Counted from the first letter of the stretch, positions 29,423 to 38,477 are shown. The stretch: 64,000 nucleotides of DNA from Planctomycetales bacterium (GCA_037441675.1 JBBIRS010000002.1:172633-236632), one strand, 5' to 3'. The notes: generated by a model not told the origin, from the sequence alone. Numbers and translations: made by a program.

Positions 29423-30472
29423 TTATTCCTTTTCTTCGGGTTTTGAAACAATTCCCTCAGTTTCAACCTGTATGGGACCTTTTCCTTTCTCCTTAATTGA
29501 CTGCCATTCAATATAAGCAAGAATATCCGCAAGTTCCTGGTCGGTTAGTCTGTCAAGAGGGAAAAATGGCATTTTCCCATATTTTAGCGAAGGCTGAACA
29601 TGCTGAGATTCAGAGTTCAGGGTCGGAACCTCTTCACTCTCTTCTGCGATACTCTCTACATTTTCAGTTCCACTCAGAATAGAGTCCTTGCCAGCAGATG
29701 AAGGTCTTTCTTGGTCAATTGGTCGCGATGAATTGTCACCAGCCTTAGAATTCAAGCCTTCATCAAGTGCAGACGCAGTAAGCTCAGATTTTACTCCTCT
29801 AACCTTTTTAAAAATGAATTTTAAGTCTGTCTCCTCATCAAAGTTTAGAACTGGCGCGGAACCATTCTCTCTGTGGCACAGAATACATGCGGACTGATAC
29901 AGTTTTTCGCCTCTTCTCGCATCTCCTGCTTCCGAAGGGAATTGCTCCTGTTTTTCGATAACAACCGCGGGTGAGTGAGCTTCTGGACTAATGCTCTCCA
30001 AATAAGAAAAAAGCGCGGTCATATTCGGGTCATTCGCATCAAGGGGCTCAACTTCAAGCCAAGCAACTAAGCAGGTGTTGATAGCTCTTATTAATGCATC
30101 ACCATTTTTGCCTTTGTAAGCGCCATTGAAGTAGCTTTCCCGAGAGAAGGAGTTCCAAAGAGAATGGGCAGGTCTTAGATAGCCATCTGTTAGCTCCTCC
30201 TCATCAAAATTTGCGTGGCAATAAATGCAAGCGTAAGCGGTATTTCCAAAGGAAGAGTAAAATAGGCGCTTCCCGTCAAGGACTACCTGCGCTTTGTTAT
30301 CAGACTCAGCAAAAGTTTCACTTGGTTGACTTGCATCTGAGGGGGAATGAACTTGCTCAGGCACATCAGCGCTTGCGGATAATGTTTGTTTAAGAAGCCC
30401 TGGCGCGCTAAAGCGTATGACAAACACCGCAATGGCAACTAATAACAAGAGTAGTCTATGTCTTCTTGCCAA
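29423..30472 (-). CDS. Di-heme cytochrome c peroxidase family protein (CCP/MauG-like) with an acidic low-complexity insertion
   Basis: Signal peptide. First heme motif CIYCH in a CCP-like context (GKRLFYSSFGNTAYACIYCHANFDEEELTDG). Second heme motif CILCH. C-terminal GKMPFFP...DQELADILAYI carries the distal Met ligand region. Confidence 0.6.
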   Translation of the reverse strand: MARRHRLLLLLVAIAVFVIRFSAPGLLKQTLSASADVPEQVHSPSDASQPSETFAESDNKAQVVLDGKRLFYSSFGNTAYACIYCHANFDEEELTDGYLRPAHSLWNSFSRESYFNGAYKGKNGDALIRAINTCLVAWLEVEPLDANDPNMTALFSYLESISPEAHSPAVVIEKQEQFPSEAGDARRGEKLYQSACILCHRENGSAPVLNFDEETDLKFIFKKVRGVKSELTASALDEGLNSKAGDNSSRPIDQERPSSAGKDSILSGTENVESIAEESEEVPTLNSESQHVQPSLKYGKMPFFPLDRLTDQELADILAYIEWQSIKEKGKGPIQVETEGIVSKPEEKE

Positions 30473-30596
30473 TTCTCATCTCCCACAATGAATTGTAACA
30501 TAGGTAATGAAATAATAGCGCAAATTTTTCTGATGAGATATTGTAAGGCTCTGCAAGGATGAATGAAGTTTGTAAAGGCTAGGTGAGGGAACCTGA

Positions 30597-30800
30597 GGAT
30601 TGTAAGTATCAGGGAGAAATCACTCCGCTGGAAAGGTAGTGTAGGGCGACCACCTGTGGGTCGCGGTCGCCTCATTCAGACTGTAGGGCGGGGTTTTATA
30701 CCCCGCCGAATTAGGAGTCATACAAGTTGACGCCCCGCCTATTGCGGGCAAGCTTAAAGGGAATCTCGGCGCGATACAAGTTCGCGCCCTGCAACTCTAC
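30597..30800. repeat. Composite copy B of the dispersed GC-rich repeat (GTAGTGTAGGGCGACCACCTGTGGGTCGCGGTCGCC; CTGTAGGGCGGGGTTTTATACCCCGCCGAATTAGGAGTCATACAAGTTGACGCCCCGCC; CGCGATACAAGTTCGCGCCC)
   Basis: Several hairpin-forming GC-rich units; each matches units in copies A (12.5 kb), C (44.3 kb) and D (62.3 kb). Confidence 0.45.
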
Positions 30801-30816
30801 CGACTGATGCTAACTC

Positions 30817-32580
30817 CTAATAGAAAATGGCAAACTTGAGATTACCGTTTGTATAGTCAGAGTAGCTAATTGCGGGATTTCCGTTAACTACCGCAAGTGA
30901 GGTGTACTCGCCCACATCACCAGCGCTATCAACGGTAACGATGTGCCACGCCATGTTCACGGTTATTGGCACGTAGTCAGTATCTGTTGAGCCATCGTCG
31001 TCGGTGATGCGGACGGTGGCGTTGTAGGTTCCACCGCTGTTGTAAGTGAATTGGACTGTGGAGTCGATGCCTGAATCGTAGTCGTAAGTCCCATCACCGT
31101 TCCAATCCCATTCAAACTTGGTGATGCTTCCACCGTCGGGGTCGTAACTTCCCGAAGCGTCAAAGTTTACCGTCAGGGGAGCATCACCAACCGTTGGACT
31201 GGCGGAAACAGACGCGATGGGTGGTTGATTCGTGGCGTAACCAGTATCAGGTGAGCTCCTCGGTCCTTCCCCGTCAGGCACTAGAGCTGAGACTTCATAG
31301 ATAAAGGTAACGTCATTGGTTACTGTATCGTTGAAAATAGTTGTGGGCGCAGAAACTGTCCCACGCTCCGAACCATCGCGATAAATCTTGTATCCGCTTG
31401 CCTGAGGAACCGCCTGCCAGCTGACAGTGATTATCTTGCTCTGGGTTCCATCGGATGCGGAGACGCCCCGCGGGACGCCAATCGCCCGCCAACCCTCCGC
31501 ACCAGAGCTTCTCTCGCTTCGCTCACTATCAGGTCCCGAATGAAGCGCTTCTACAAAGTAGAAGTAGTGAACACCACTAGTTCCACTCCAGCCCGCGGTG
31601 GTGTCATCATAGCTATTGCTTGGCGCTGGAACTTCAGTAATCTTTACCGCATCGCTTCCATTTGCGAGGCTTTCCCGGTAAATCCAATACCGAGTCGCAT
31701 TATTCACCGCATTCCAGCTCACTCGGACATTCAGCGCATCAGTCCCCTGAGTAGCAGTAACTCCAGTTGGAGTTGAAAGACTGCGATGCCCATAATCTCC
31801 CATTCCTCGTGGCTGTTCAACTCCAGAAATAACCGCCGAGACTGAGTAAAACCTTGGCGTATTCCATGGAGCGGTGGTATCGGAGAAGGTTCGTGTCGGT
31901 GCATCTACCTCGCCGATATTCTCAGGGCTCGCATCATTCTCATCAAGTCCGCGGTAAATAATGTACCTTTCCGCCAAAGGCTCCTCGCCCCAGGTTAGCT
32001 CAACTCTATCAGGAAATGTCCCATCACTAGCGATAACCTGACCCTGCCCGAGACTCGACCTCATTCCCTTAGCAGGCTGGCTGAGTGGACTGTCAATGTC
32101 CTCGCCAATCGCCTGCACAAAATACCACATCGGAACGCCAAACGGTGGCTCCGTATCAGCATAACTTGTATCAGCGGAGGGAAGCTCAACTATGAGCTGA
32201 GGCTCGTCTGTCTCGCTTTCCGCTCGATAAAGCCGATATCCAGTCGCACCCTCAACCGTACTCCATTGAACGAGGATTAAATCCTCATATGTTCCATCAG
32301 AAGCACTGACACTAGGCACCGCAAGCAGGCGCGTTCCCAAAATGTTACTAATTCCACCAAAGCCCGCATCGTTCCTTGCGCGAACCCCATAACGATATGT
32401 CTTGCCCGGCGTCCCTGATGTGTCCTTATAGGTCACAGTCGGCGCATTGATTCCAGCAAGAAGTGTCGGCGAATCCTCTGTATCTGGGTCTGCCCGCAAA
32501 ACTTGATAGAGAAATGTGTCAGGGTCAGGGTTGTTATCCCAAGAGAGAGACACGCCCGAAGTATCCTCGCTAACCAGCAA
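30817..32580 (-). CDS. Secreted protein: 5 Fn3-like repeats + PKD domain + one C-terminal propeller-type repeat. Probably the C-terminal portion of a longer frameshifted gene.
   Basis: About 90-aa repeats with (S/T)ASDGT...W...YR(L/I)YR. PKD unit KFEWDWNGDGTYD. The terminal WHIVTVDSAGDVGEYTSLAVVNGNPAISY repeat is the same as in the 14616 gene. The first Fn3 unit continues upstream of the annotated TTG start in this frame. Confidence 0.65.
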   Translation of the reverse strand: MLVSEDTSGVSLSWDNNPDPDTFLYQVLRADPDTEDSPTLLAGINAPTVTYKDTSGTPGKTYRYGVRARNDAGFGGISNILGTRLLAVPSVSASDGTYEDLILVQWSTVEGATGYRLYRAESETDEPQLIVELPSADTSYADTEPPFGVPMWYFVQAIGEDIDSPLSQPAKGMRSSLGQGQVIASDGTFPDRVELTWGEEPLAERYIIYRGLDENDASPENIGEVDAPTRTFSDTTAPWNTPRFYSVSAVISGVEQPRGMGDYGHRSLSTPTGVTATQGTDALNVRVSWNAVNNATRYWIYRESLANGSDAVKITEVPAPSNSYDDTTAGWSGTSGVHYFYFVEALHSGPDSERSERSSGAEGWRAIGVPRGVSASDGTQSKIITVSWQAVPQASGYKIYRDGSERGTVSAPTTIFNDTVTNDVTFIYEVSALVPDGEGPRSSPDTGYATNQPPIASVSASPTVGDAPLTVNFDASGSYDPDGGSITKFEWDWNGDGTYDYDSGIDSTVQFTYNSGGTYNATVRITDDDGSTDTDYVPITVNMAWHIVTVDSAGDVGEYTSLAVVNGNPAISYSDYTNGNLKFAIFY

Positions 32581-32589
32581 GCCGGTAAC

Positions 32590-33221
32590 AATCGCGGGCT
32601 CGGTTCTATACCGATAGCAACATCCGTTATCACCGCCTCAACGGTCACGCCACCTGGGTCCTCCTCCGCCTGAAAAACTCTGCGAAGTAAAGACCCAGAC
32701 TTAGGAACAATCGAAAATTCCGCCACAATTCCATCGGGAGTCATCGCTGAAGTCATCCTTGCGCTACCCTCATTCACCGCAAGAACAGTAATGTAATAGC
32801 GATTTCCAAAAGACTTGAATCGGGTTTTCAGGGTTTCCGACCTCACTTGAATTAGCACATCAACATCGGTAAATGGTCCAAACCATCGCCAAGAACCAAC
32901 GGAGTAATCCGCCAGTCCCACAAAATACGCAAGCGGAACATCCTCATCCCGCCCGCCTCCATACCTCGCCTCCAGCGTGTCAATCAGCGTTCGCAAAGGT
33001 TTCGGCTCAGCTCCAATATCCTGCCCATACATCACATAGGAATACTCCCCAACCTCGTATGCCCGCAGGCTCACCCTCGTCCCTTCAACCTCTATCGCAT
33101 ATTCACGCTCGCTCGTCGTTCCAGTTCCGCCGGAAAGAATATCCGAGCCAAGGGTCATCACCTGCATTCCTTGAGACACGTTTCTCACCTTGTCCGAAAA
33201 GAGAGAATCAAGAGAAAGCAC
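32590..33221 (-). CDS. N-terminal part of the same secreted protein (unknown domain with the ARYGGGRDED motif). The ORF-track tail to 32433 is an out-of-frame read-through.
   Basis: GTG start. The N-terminal ~210 aa are compositionally protein-like; beyond GIEP the ORF-track translation becomes junk while the downstream ORF's frame becomes Fn3-like. This indicates a +/-1 frameshift near 32600-32640. Confidence 0.5.
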
Positions 33222-33455
33222 ATCAGGCAGAGGTCCTGAGGAAGGTTTTTCTTGGGAAGCTGGCGGACTTGCGTTGCCCGCGCCAGCAGGCGTAAGCTAG
33301 AGTGCGGTAGGTCCTTTCCCTCCACCTCCCCCACAAGTGCTAGTTACTAGCGTAGTAAAAAGCAGACAAGTCAATAAACTAAAAGCCCTTCTTAATCCCG
33401 CCAATTCATAGCCAACTTTCCATTCTGTTTCAATCCTCATTTGTCATCATTCTCC

Positions 33456-34436
33456 TCACTGAGGCAACTCCTGCCTCACTCTAAAGTAAAGCTTATTTGA
33501 TTCAATGGGCGCAACCGCACCTTTCTTGGCAATTATCCAGAAATCTCCCGCGAGCGCATTGTCAACCGTTAGTGCTCGAGGAACAGCCGCGGAAAAAGTC
33601 AAAAATGCAGGCGGAAAATTCTCAAAGAACACGTCCGCGCTAACATCATTTCCCAGCGGGTCCTCCACGATAAGGTTATATGTAGAACTAACTTCTACGA
33701 CTAAGGGGTCCTCATTTGTGCCAGTTCCACCAAGTGGAGGTGTGGCTTGTCGGTCGACGCGCAGGCTAAGTGGTGTGGTGAAAAAGCGGACGAGTTTGCT
33801 TTCGTCGCCATACTCGTTCTCAGCTGAATAGGGCCGAACGCGGTAAATCCCCATCTCAACTGGTTCGGTAAGTTCGTAGGAAAAAGCCTTCCAGCCCGAG
33901 CCTTCCTTGTCAAAGGATGAAGTAATGGGAATTCTTGTTACTTCCTGCCACGAAAGTGCCTCATCAGACGAAACTTCAATAACATATCCGGTAACTTTGG
34001 AAAAGAAATTCACCGCAAGAGGTTGAACGTCCTGAATATTGATGACGACATCCATGTTGCCATCAATCACTATATCTAACTCATCCGTGGACGTTCCACC
34101 AAGCGCTTCGGAAGTGTGCCGAAAATGTAGCGCCAGTGGACGAACATCCTGAATGTCTACTCTGCCGTCCTGATTGTAATCACCGATGTTCTTGTAGCGC
34201 CATTCAAGTTGAAAAGTGCCTTCTACGTTAACAACAGCCAAATCTTCAACTTTATTCTGGGCACCGAGTGGAACGCGCGAAGAAAATTTTGATTCCCCAG
34301 ATAAGATCAGTGCATCTTGAAGTGCTAACTGAATGTGTGCGAATTCGGAAGATTCAACATTTTCTGGAGAGGTCAGCGCCCATATTTCGTTAATAGCAGC
34401 AGAAAGCGCTATATCATCGGGCGAATTAGTTTGCAT
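33456..34436 (-). CDS. Secreted dockerin-like module + Fn3-like + C-terminal domain protein. Its lipoprotein signal peptide lies upstream at 34485-34547, separated by an A7/T7 homopolymer frameshift.
   Basis: DYNQDGRVDIQDV...DGNMDVVINIQDV, paralogous to the N-termini of the 14616 and 26174 genes. Upstream, an ATG with a GGAG RBS encodes MRMILLFIGVVLLFF, and the adjacent frame continues SCGGGDDRF. A one-base change in the T7 run gives a perfect lipobox LLFSC. Confidence 0.65.
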   Translation of the reverse strand: MQTNSPDDIALSAAINEIWALTSPENVESSEFAHIQLALQDALILSGESKFSSRVPLGAQNKVEDLAVVNVEGTFQLEWRYKNIGDYNQDGRVDIQDVRPLALHFRHTSEALGGTSTDELDIVIDGNMDVVINIQDVQPLAVNFFSKVTGYVIEVSSDEALSWQEVTRIPITSSFDKEGSGWKAFSYELTEPVEMGIYRVRPYSAENEYGDESKLVRFFTTPLSLRVDRQATPPLGGTGTNEDPLVVEVSSTYNLIVEDPLGNDVSADVFFENFPPAFLTFSAAVPRALTVDNALAGDFWIIAKKGAVAPIESNKLYFRVRQELPQ

Positions 34437-34716
34437 ATTAGGGTCTGGGATTAAAGGTTCTTTAAGTGAACCCCTGAACCTGTCATCGCCACCTCCACAG
34501 GAAAAAAAGGAGAACTACCCCAATAAAAAGTAAAATCATTCTCATTTCTCCGCCTCCCTAAAAGGTTACTGGCGCCCCGTTGACTTAATTATTATAACAT
34601 GTAATTAATAATTAGCAATTTTATGAGAATTTTATTCATTACGAGAGAACCTAAGTTTCGGCGTGAGGAACACTTGAAACGGTAAAAAATCAAGCAAAGG
34701 CAATAATCGGTATAAT

Positions 34717-35175
34717 TTGTTAATGACCGAGATGAGGATAAACTCAACTGCATTTCAAGATGGGGAAATGATACCCGCTAGATACACTGCGGATGGTGAG
34801 GATGTCAACCCGCCTCTGGAAATAACAGGCGTTCCTGATGATGCAAAGAGCCTTGTTCTCATTATGGATGACCCGGATGCGCCGGTGGGAGTTTGGGACC
34901 ACTGGATTGTTTTCAACATTTCACCAAGTATTGGCGAGATTTCTGAAAACTCAACACCAGAAGGTGGACTTCTCGGCAGAAACAGCTGGGGAAGGACAAG
35001 CTACGGCGGTCCCGCTCCGCCCTCAGGCGTCCATCGGTACTTCTTCAAGCTCTACGCTTTGGACACGACGCTTAATTTGTCCGCTGGTGCCACAAAGGCA
35101 CAAATTGAATCCGCAATGAAGGGTCACATCCTCGAGGAAGCTCAACTGATGGGCAAATACACGCGGAGAAGGTAG
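34717..35175 (+). CDS. YbhB/YbcL-family PEBP (phosphatidylethanolamine-binding-protein-like) protein
   Basis: DDPDAPVGVWDHWIVFNI...GPAPPSGVHRYFFKLYALD is the PEBP bacterial signature. Confidence 0.75.
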   Translation: MLMTEMRINSTAFQDGEMIPARYTADGEDVNPPLEITGVPDDAKSLVLIMDDPDAPVGVWDHWIVFNISPSIGEISENSTPEGGLLGRNSWGRTSYGGPAPPSGVHRYFFKLYALDTTLNLSAGATKAQIESAMKGHILEEAQLMGKYTRRR

Positions 35176-35264
35176 ATTGGTATCTTACTATCAGCTTTAT
35201 TCTTATCCCTCCCTGGAAGAACAGATGTAGACTCGGGCTCCCAATGAATACTATAATCTGATTT

Positions 35265-36263
35265 ATGATCATTGCGATAACGGGAACGAATGCGGCGGGT
35301 AAGGATACCGCGGCGGAATATCTTGTGAAGAAGGGCTTTACCCACTTTTCGCTCTCGGATGAGCTAAGAGAAATAGCGCGGGAGCGTGGGCTTGAACCGA
35401 CACGGGAAAATCTCATCGCCCTGGGAAACGAGCTTAGGAGGCTTTATGGGACTTCATTTCTCACTAAGCGCATTCTGGAAAAGGCAAGCGGGACAACCCA
35501 TATTGTCCTTTCCAGTGTGAGAAACCCTGGCGAGCTTGAGCCTGTAAAGAATACTGATGGCTTCCGCCTTATCGCTATTGATGCTCCCTCACAAGTTCGC
35601 TACGAGCGCGCAAAGGCGCGTGGTAGAATTAGCGAAAATGTAAGCCTTGAAAGTTTCATCCAGATGGATGCGGAAGAGATGCACGGAGGAGACACTGAAC
35701 AAAATCTCGCAAGACTGATTGACATTGCGGATTTCAAGATAGTGAATGATGGAAGTTTTAATGAGCTTTACAAAAAGCTTGATGACGCTGTTGGTCCTCT
35801 TGCTAAGCCAAAGCGCGCCAGTTGGGATGAATACTTCATGAACATCGCCAAGCAGGTCGCCACACGCTCCACCTGTGATAGAAAACGCTGCGGTGCGGTT
35901 ATAGTTAGGGATAGAGTCATTCTTTCCACGGGGTATAACGGTAGCATTATCGGACTTCCCCATTGCGATGACGTGGGACATATGATTGAAAACGGGCATT
36001 GCGTGAGAACTGTTCACGCCGAGATGAACGCAGTCGCGCAGGCAGCTAAGAATGGCGTTAATATCAACGGATCAACCATTTACATTACTGCCAGCCCTTG
36101 CTGGATTTGCTTCAAGCTCCTCTGTAACGCTGGTATCAAGCGCATCTGCTATGGCGAATTTTACAGAGATGATCGCATCTTTGAGGCAGCAAGGCAGGCA
36201 GGCGTGGAACTTGTGGATTTGTCACACACTCTCGCGGCAAACGAAAAAAAACTCAATCACTAA
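35265..36263 (+). CDS. Fusion protein: P-loop nucleotide kinase-like N-terminal domain + dCMP/cytidine deaminase (zinc-binding) C-terminal domain
   Basis: N-terminal Walker A (IIAITGTNAAGKDT). The C-terminus carries CMP/dCMP deaminase motifs (HAEMNAV...PCWICFKLL). Confidence 0.65.
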   Translation: MIIAITGTNAAGKDTAAEYLVKKGFTHFSLSDELREIARERGLEPTRENLIALGNELRRLYGTSFLTKRILEKASGTTHIVLSSVRNPGELEPVKNTDGFRLIAIDAPSQVRYERAKARGRISENVSLESFIQMDAEEMHGGDTEQNLARLIDIADFKIVNDGSFNELYKKLDDAVGPLAKPKRASWDEYFMNIAKQVATRSTCDRKRCGAVIVRDRVILSTGYNGSIIGLPHCDDVGHMIENGHCVRTVHAEMNAVAQAAKNGVNINGSTIYITASPCWICFKLLCNAGIKRICYGEFYRDDRIFEAARQAGVELVDLSHTLAANEKKLNH

Positions 36264-36265
36264 AG

Positions 36266-37012
36266 CTATGTATCTTCACCCTTATACCCGGAGAAGGATT
36301 CAACCTTTATATCCTGCGGCGAAATGCCCATTCCAAAAAGAAGCTTCATCATAGATCGAACCATATCCGGAGTTCCGCAGATGTAGAATATTGTTCTCCT
36401 GATATCCGAGATGTGCTCGTAAATTAAACTTTCGTCAATTCTTCCTACCCTTCCTCTCCAATGTGAGCTTGCTCCTTCCGGGCGAGTTATTGTAAATATT
36501 GCCTTGAAATCTAGAATTTTGTCACAGAATTCATCCCAATCTTTCTTGTAAAGAATTTCTTCCGGGGTTCGGGCGGAATATAGTAATGTAACTTTGTATG
36601 GCAGAGAGTTGTCCGCGATATACTTTAGCATTCCCCTATATGGTGTGACTCCAATCCCACCGGCAATAAAGATGAGTGGATGGCTCGTTTCATCTGGCAA
36701 GGTGAAATCGCCGTGGGGACCTTCTCCCAAAATTTTCTCGCCAGCGCTGAGTGAATTTATGCGACTTTTGAACTCGCTCCCTGTAAGCATTCTCATCGTG
36801 AAAAGAAGATAATTTTCTGTTGGAGAAGATGCGATAGAAAATTCCCTTGATAATGAATCAGTCCCAAATGGTTCTAATAAAATTTTAAGCACTTGACCTG
36901 GCTTGTAGGTAAATAAATTATCAGAAAATGAAAAGTAGAACGACTTAATGTCTTTCGTTTCAGAAACTGATCTAAGAAATGTGAGTTCATGTTTTGCTAG
37001 CCCACTACTCAT
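36266..37012 (-). CDS. FAD/NAD(P)-binding oxidoreductase of the ferredoxin-NADP reductase (FNR-like) family
   Basis: RxYS-type FAD motif (REFSIASSP), G-rich NAD(P) motif (IFIAGGIGVTPYRGML), and a C-terminal CGTPDM motif (YICGTPDMV). Confidence 0.65.
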   Translation of the reverse strand: MSSGLAKHELTFLRSVSETKDIKSFYFSFSDNLFTYKPGQVLKILLEPFGTDSLSREFSIASSPTENYLLFTMRMLTGSEFKSRINSLSAGEKILGEGPHGDFTLPDETSHPLIFIAGGIGVTPYRGMLKYIADNSLPYKVTLLYSARTPEEILYKKDWDEFCDKILDFKAIFTITRPEGASSHWRGRVGRIDESLIYEHISDIRRTIFYICGTPDMVRSMMKLLFGMGISPQDIKVESFSGYKGEDT

Positions 37013-37241
37013 AAATATAACTATCTGAAAGATAAGGAAACATTATTTCACAACTTAACTTTTTTTCAGAAAATACAATATTCATTAGGATGGAATTATA
37101 TTTATTAGGATTGTTCTTCCTATTATCGTATACCTATCAAGGGCAATGTGGCTTTCACTTTTGAACCAAGCAGCGATTAGCATTTCTTAGGCTTTTATAG
37201 CCCTTGAATAAAAGTCAAAAGTGTAAAATAATCAGAAAAGG

Positions 37242-37901
37242 ATGAAAGAGGATAAAAATATAATTACTAAAAAGAAGTTCTATTGTGGTTTTTCTTTAAT
37301 TCTATTTTTACTTCTAACGATTTTAATGATATCCGCTTGTCCCAGACAATCCGAGAAATCAGCTCAAGAGTATGAGGCGCCAGATCATACAACAGCGAGC
37401 CCACCAAGCGAACCTGAAGAGCTGCCATCAGAGCCAGAAACAATAATGCCTGAGAAGAATGTCCTTAGAATTTGGTCTATTATGTTCGCAGATATGGGTA
37501 TGATGCAGGCGAGGTACACCGCAGATGGCGAAAACGTCAATCCGCCACTAAATATTGATGGCATCCCCGAAAACACGAAGAGCCTAGCTCTCATTATGGA
37601 TGATCCTGATGCGCCAAGGGGTACTTGGGTTCACTGGGTTGTGTTCAATATACCCCCTACGATAAAGGAAATCCCTGAGAACACAGTTCCTGAAGGTGCA
37701 GTCGTGGGCAAGAACAGCTGGGGGAAAAGCGCCTACGGCGGCCCTGACCCCCCAAGTGGAATTCATCGCTATTTCTTCAAACTATATGCCCTGGACACGA
37801 CCCTTGACTTGGATGCTTCCGCAACCAAAGCTAATGTTGAGAAGGCAATGGAGGGGCACATTCTAGCCCAAGCAGAGTTTGTCGGAAAATACGGTAGATA
37901 A
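37242..37901 (+). CDS. Lipoprotein-anchored PEBP (YbhB/YbcL) family protein, paralog of the 34717 gene
   Basis: Signal/lipobox (LLLTILMISACP), an acidic linker, then the PEBP core (DDPDAPRGTWVHWVVFNI...GPDPPSGIHRYFFKLYALD). Confidence 0.75.
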   Translation: MKEDKNIITKKKFYCGFSLILFLLLTILMISACPRQSEKSAQEYEAPDHTTASPPSEPEELPSEPETIMPEKNVLRIWSIMFADMGMMQARYTADGENVNPPLNIDGIPENTKSLALIMDDPDAPRGTWVHWVVFNIPPTIKEIPENTVPEGAVVGKNSWGKSAYGGPDPPSGIHRYFFKLYALDTTLDLDASATKANVEKAMEGHILAQAEFVGKYGR

Positions 37902-38135
37902 GATATAGATACTGAACGGTAGGATACTTATCAAGTATGCTTTATTAACTCGGCTAGACCTCCAAAGTGCGGTGACCCCTTGAGGCGGGGGCAATCTTGT
38001 ATTCCCCTAGTTAATTTCTCTATCAGTTTTCGATAGCCTCAGCTCGGTATTTGTCACCTATTTTCTTCACCACCGCAAGCATTTCTATCGCGTGACGATG
38101 TGCTCCTTCAATATCACCCTTTGAAATTAGCTCAT

Positions 38136-38477
38136 CTAGGATATAGCCCTCAAATGGCGGCTTGAACTCCCTAAGTTTTCGCTCAAAAGCAGACTCGAAA
38201 ACCTCCTCATACAATTCACCTCCTCTAGCATCACCCTTATCACCAAAGATGGGGCTTTTAATTCATCTGTCCTGACTGGCGAATCCTTTGAAGGAATTCT
38301 ATCCTTGATTACGAAGAGCCAAACCAATGCTGCCCCCCCCAATGCCCCTACCGCGTGTGCGTAAATCCCGAGATTCATATTCAAATGGAGGCTGATGAAG
38401 ATACCTGAAAAGACAAGCTGAAGAATGATCCACGAACCATATACCAAATGGCAGAAATATTCCTTATGTGTGGCCAC
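38136..38477 (-). CDS. Rhomboid protease, C-terminal fragment (continues the 38381-38791 ORF after a frameshift)
   Basis: IYAHAVGALGGAALVWLF carries the rhomboid catalytic His helix. It overlaps the N-terminal fragment in another frame. Confidence 0.5.
   Translation of the reverse strand: MATHKEYFCHLVYGSWIILQLVFSGIFISLHLNMNLGIYAHAVGALGGAALVWLFVIKDRIPSKDSPVRTDELKAPSLVIRVMLEEVNCMRRFSSLLLSENLGSSSRHLRAIS

Noticed and set aside
38023-38214. 63-aa minus-strand ORF (MYEEVFESAFERKLREFKPP…) just downstream of the rhomboid fragments
   Set aside because: It could be a real small protein, but it partly overlaps the rhomboid C-terminal fragment and has no recognisable features. It is too uncertain to call.
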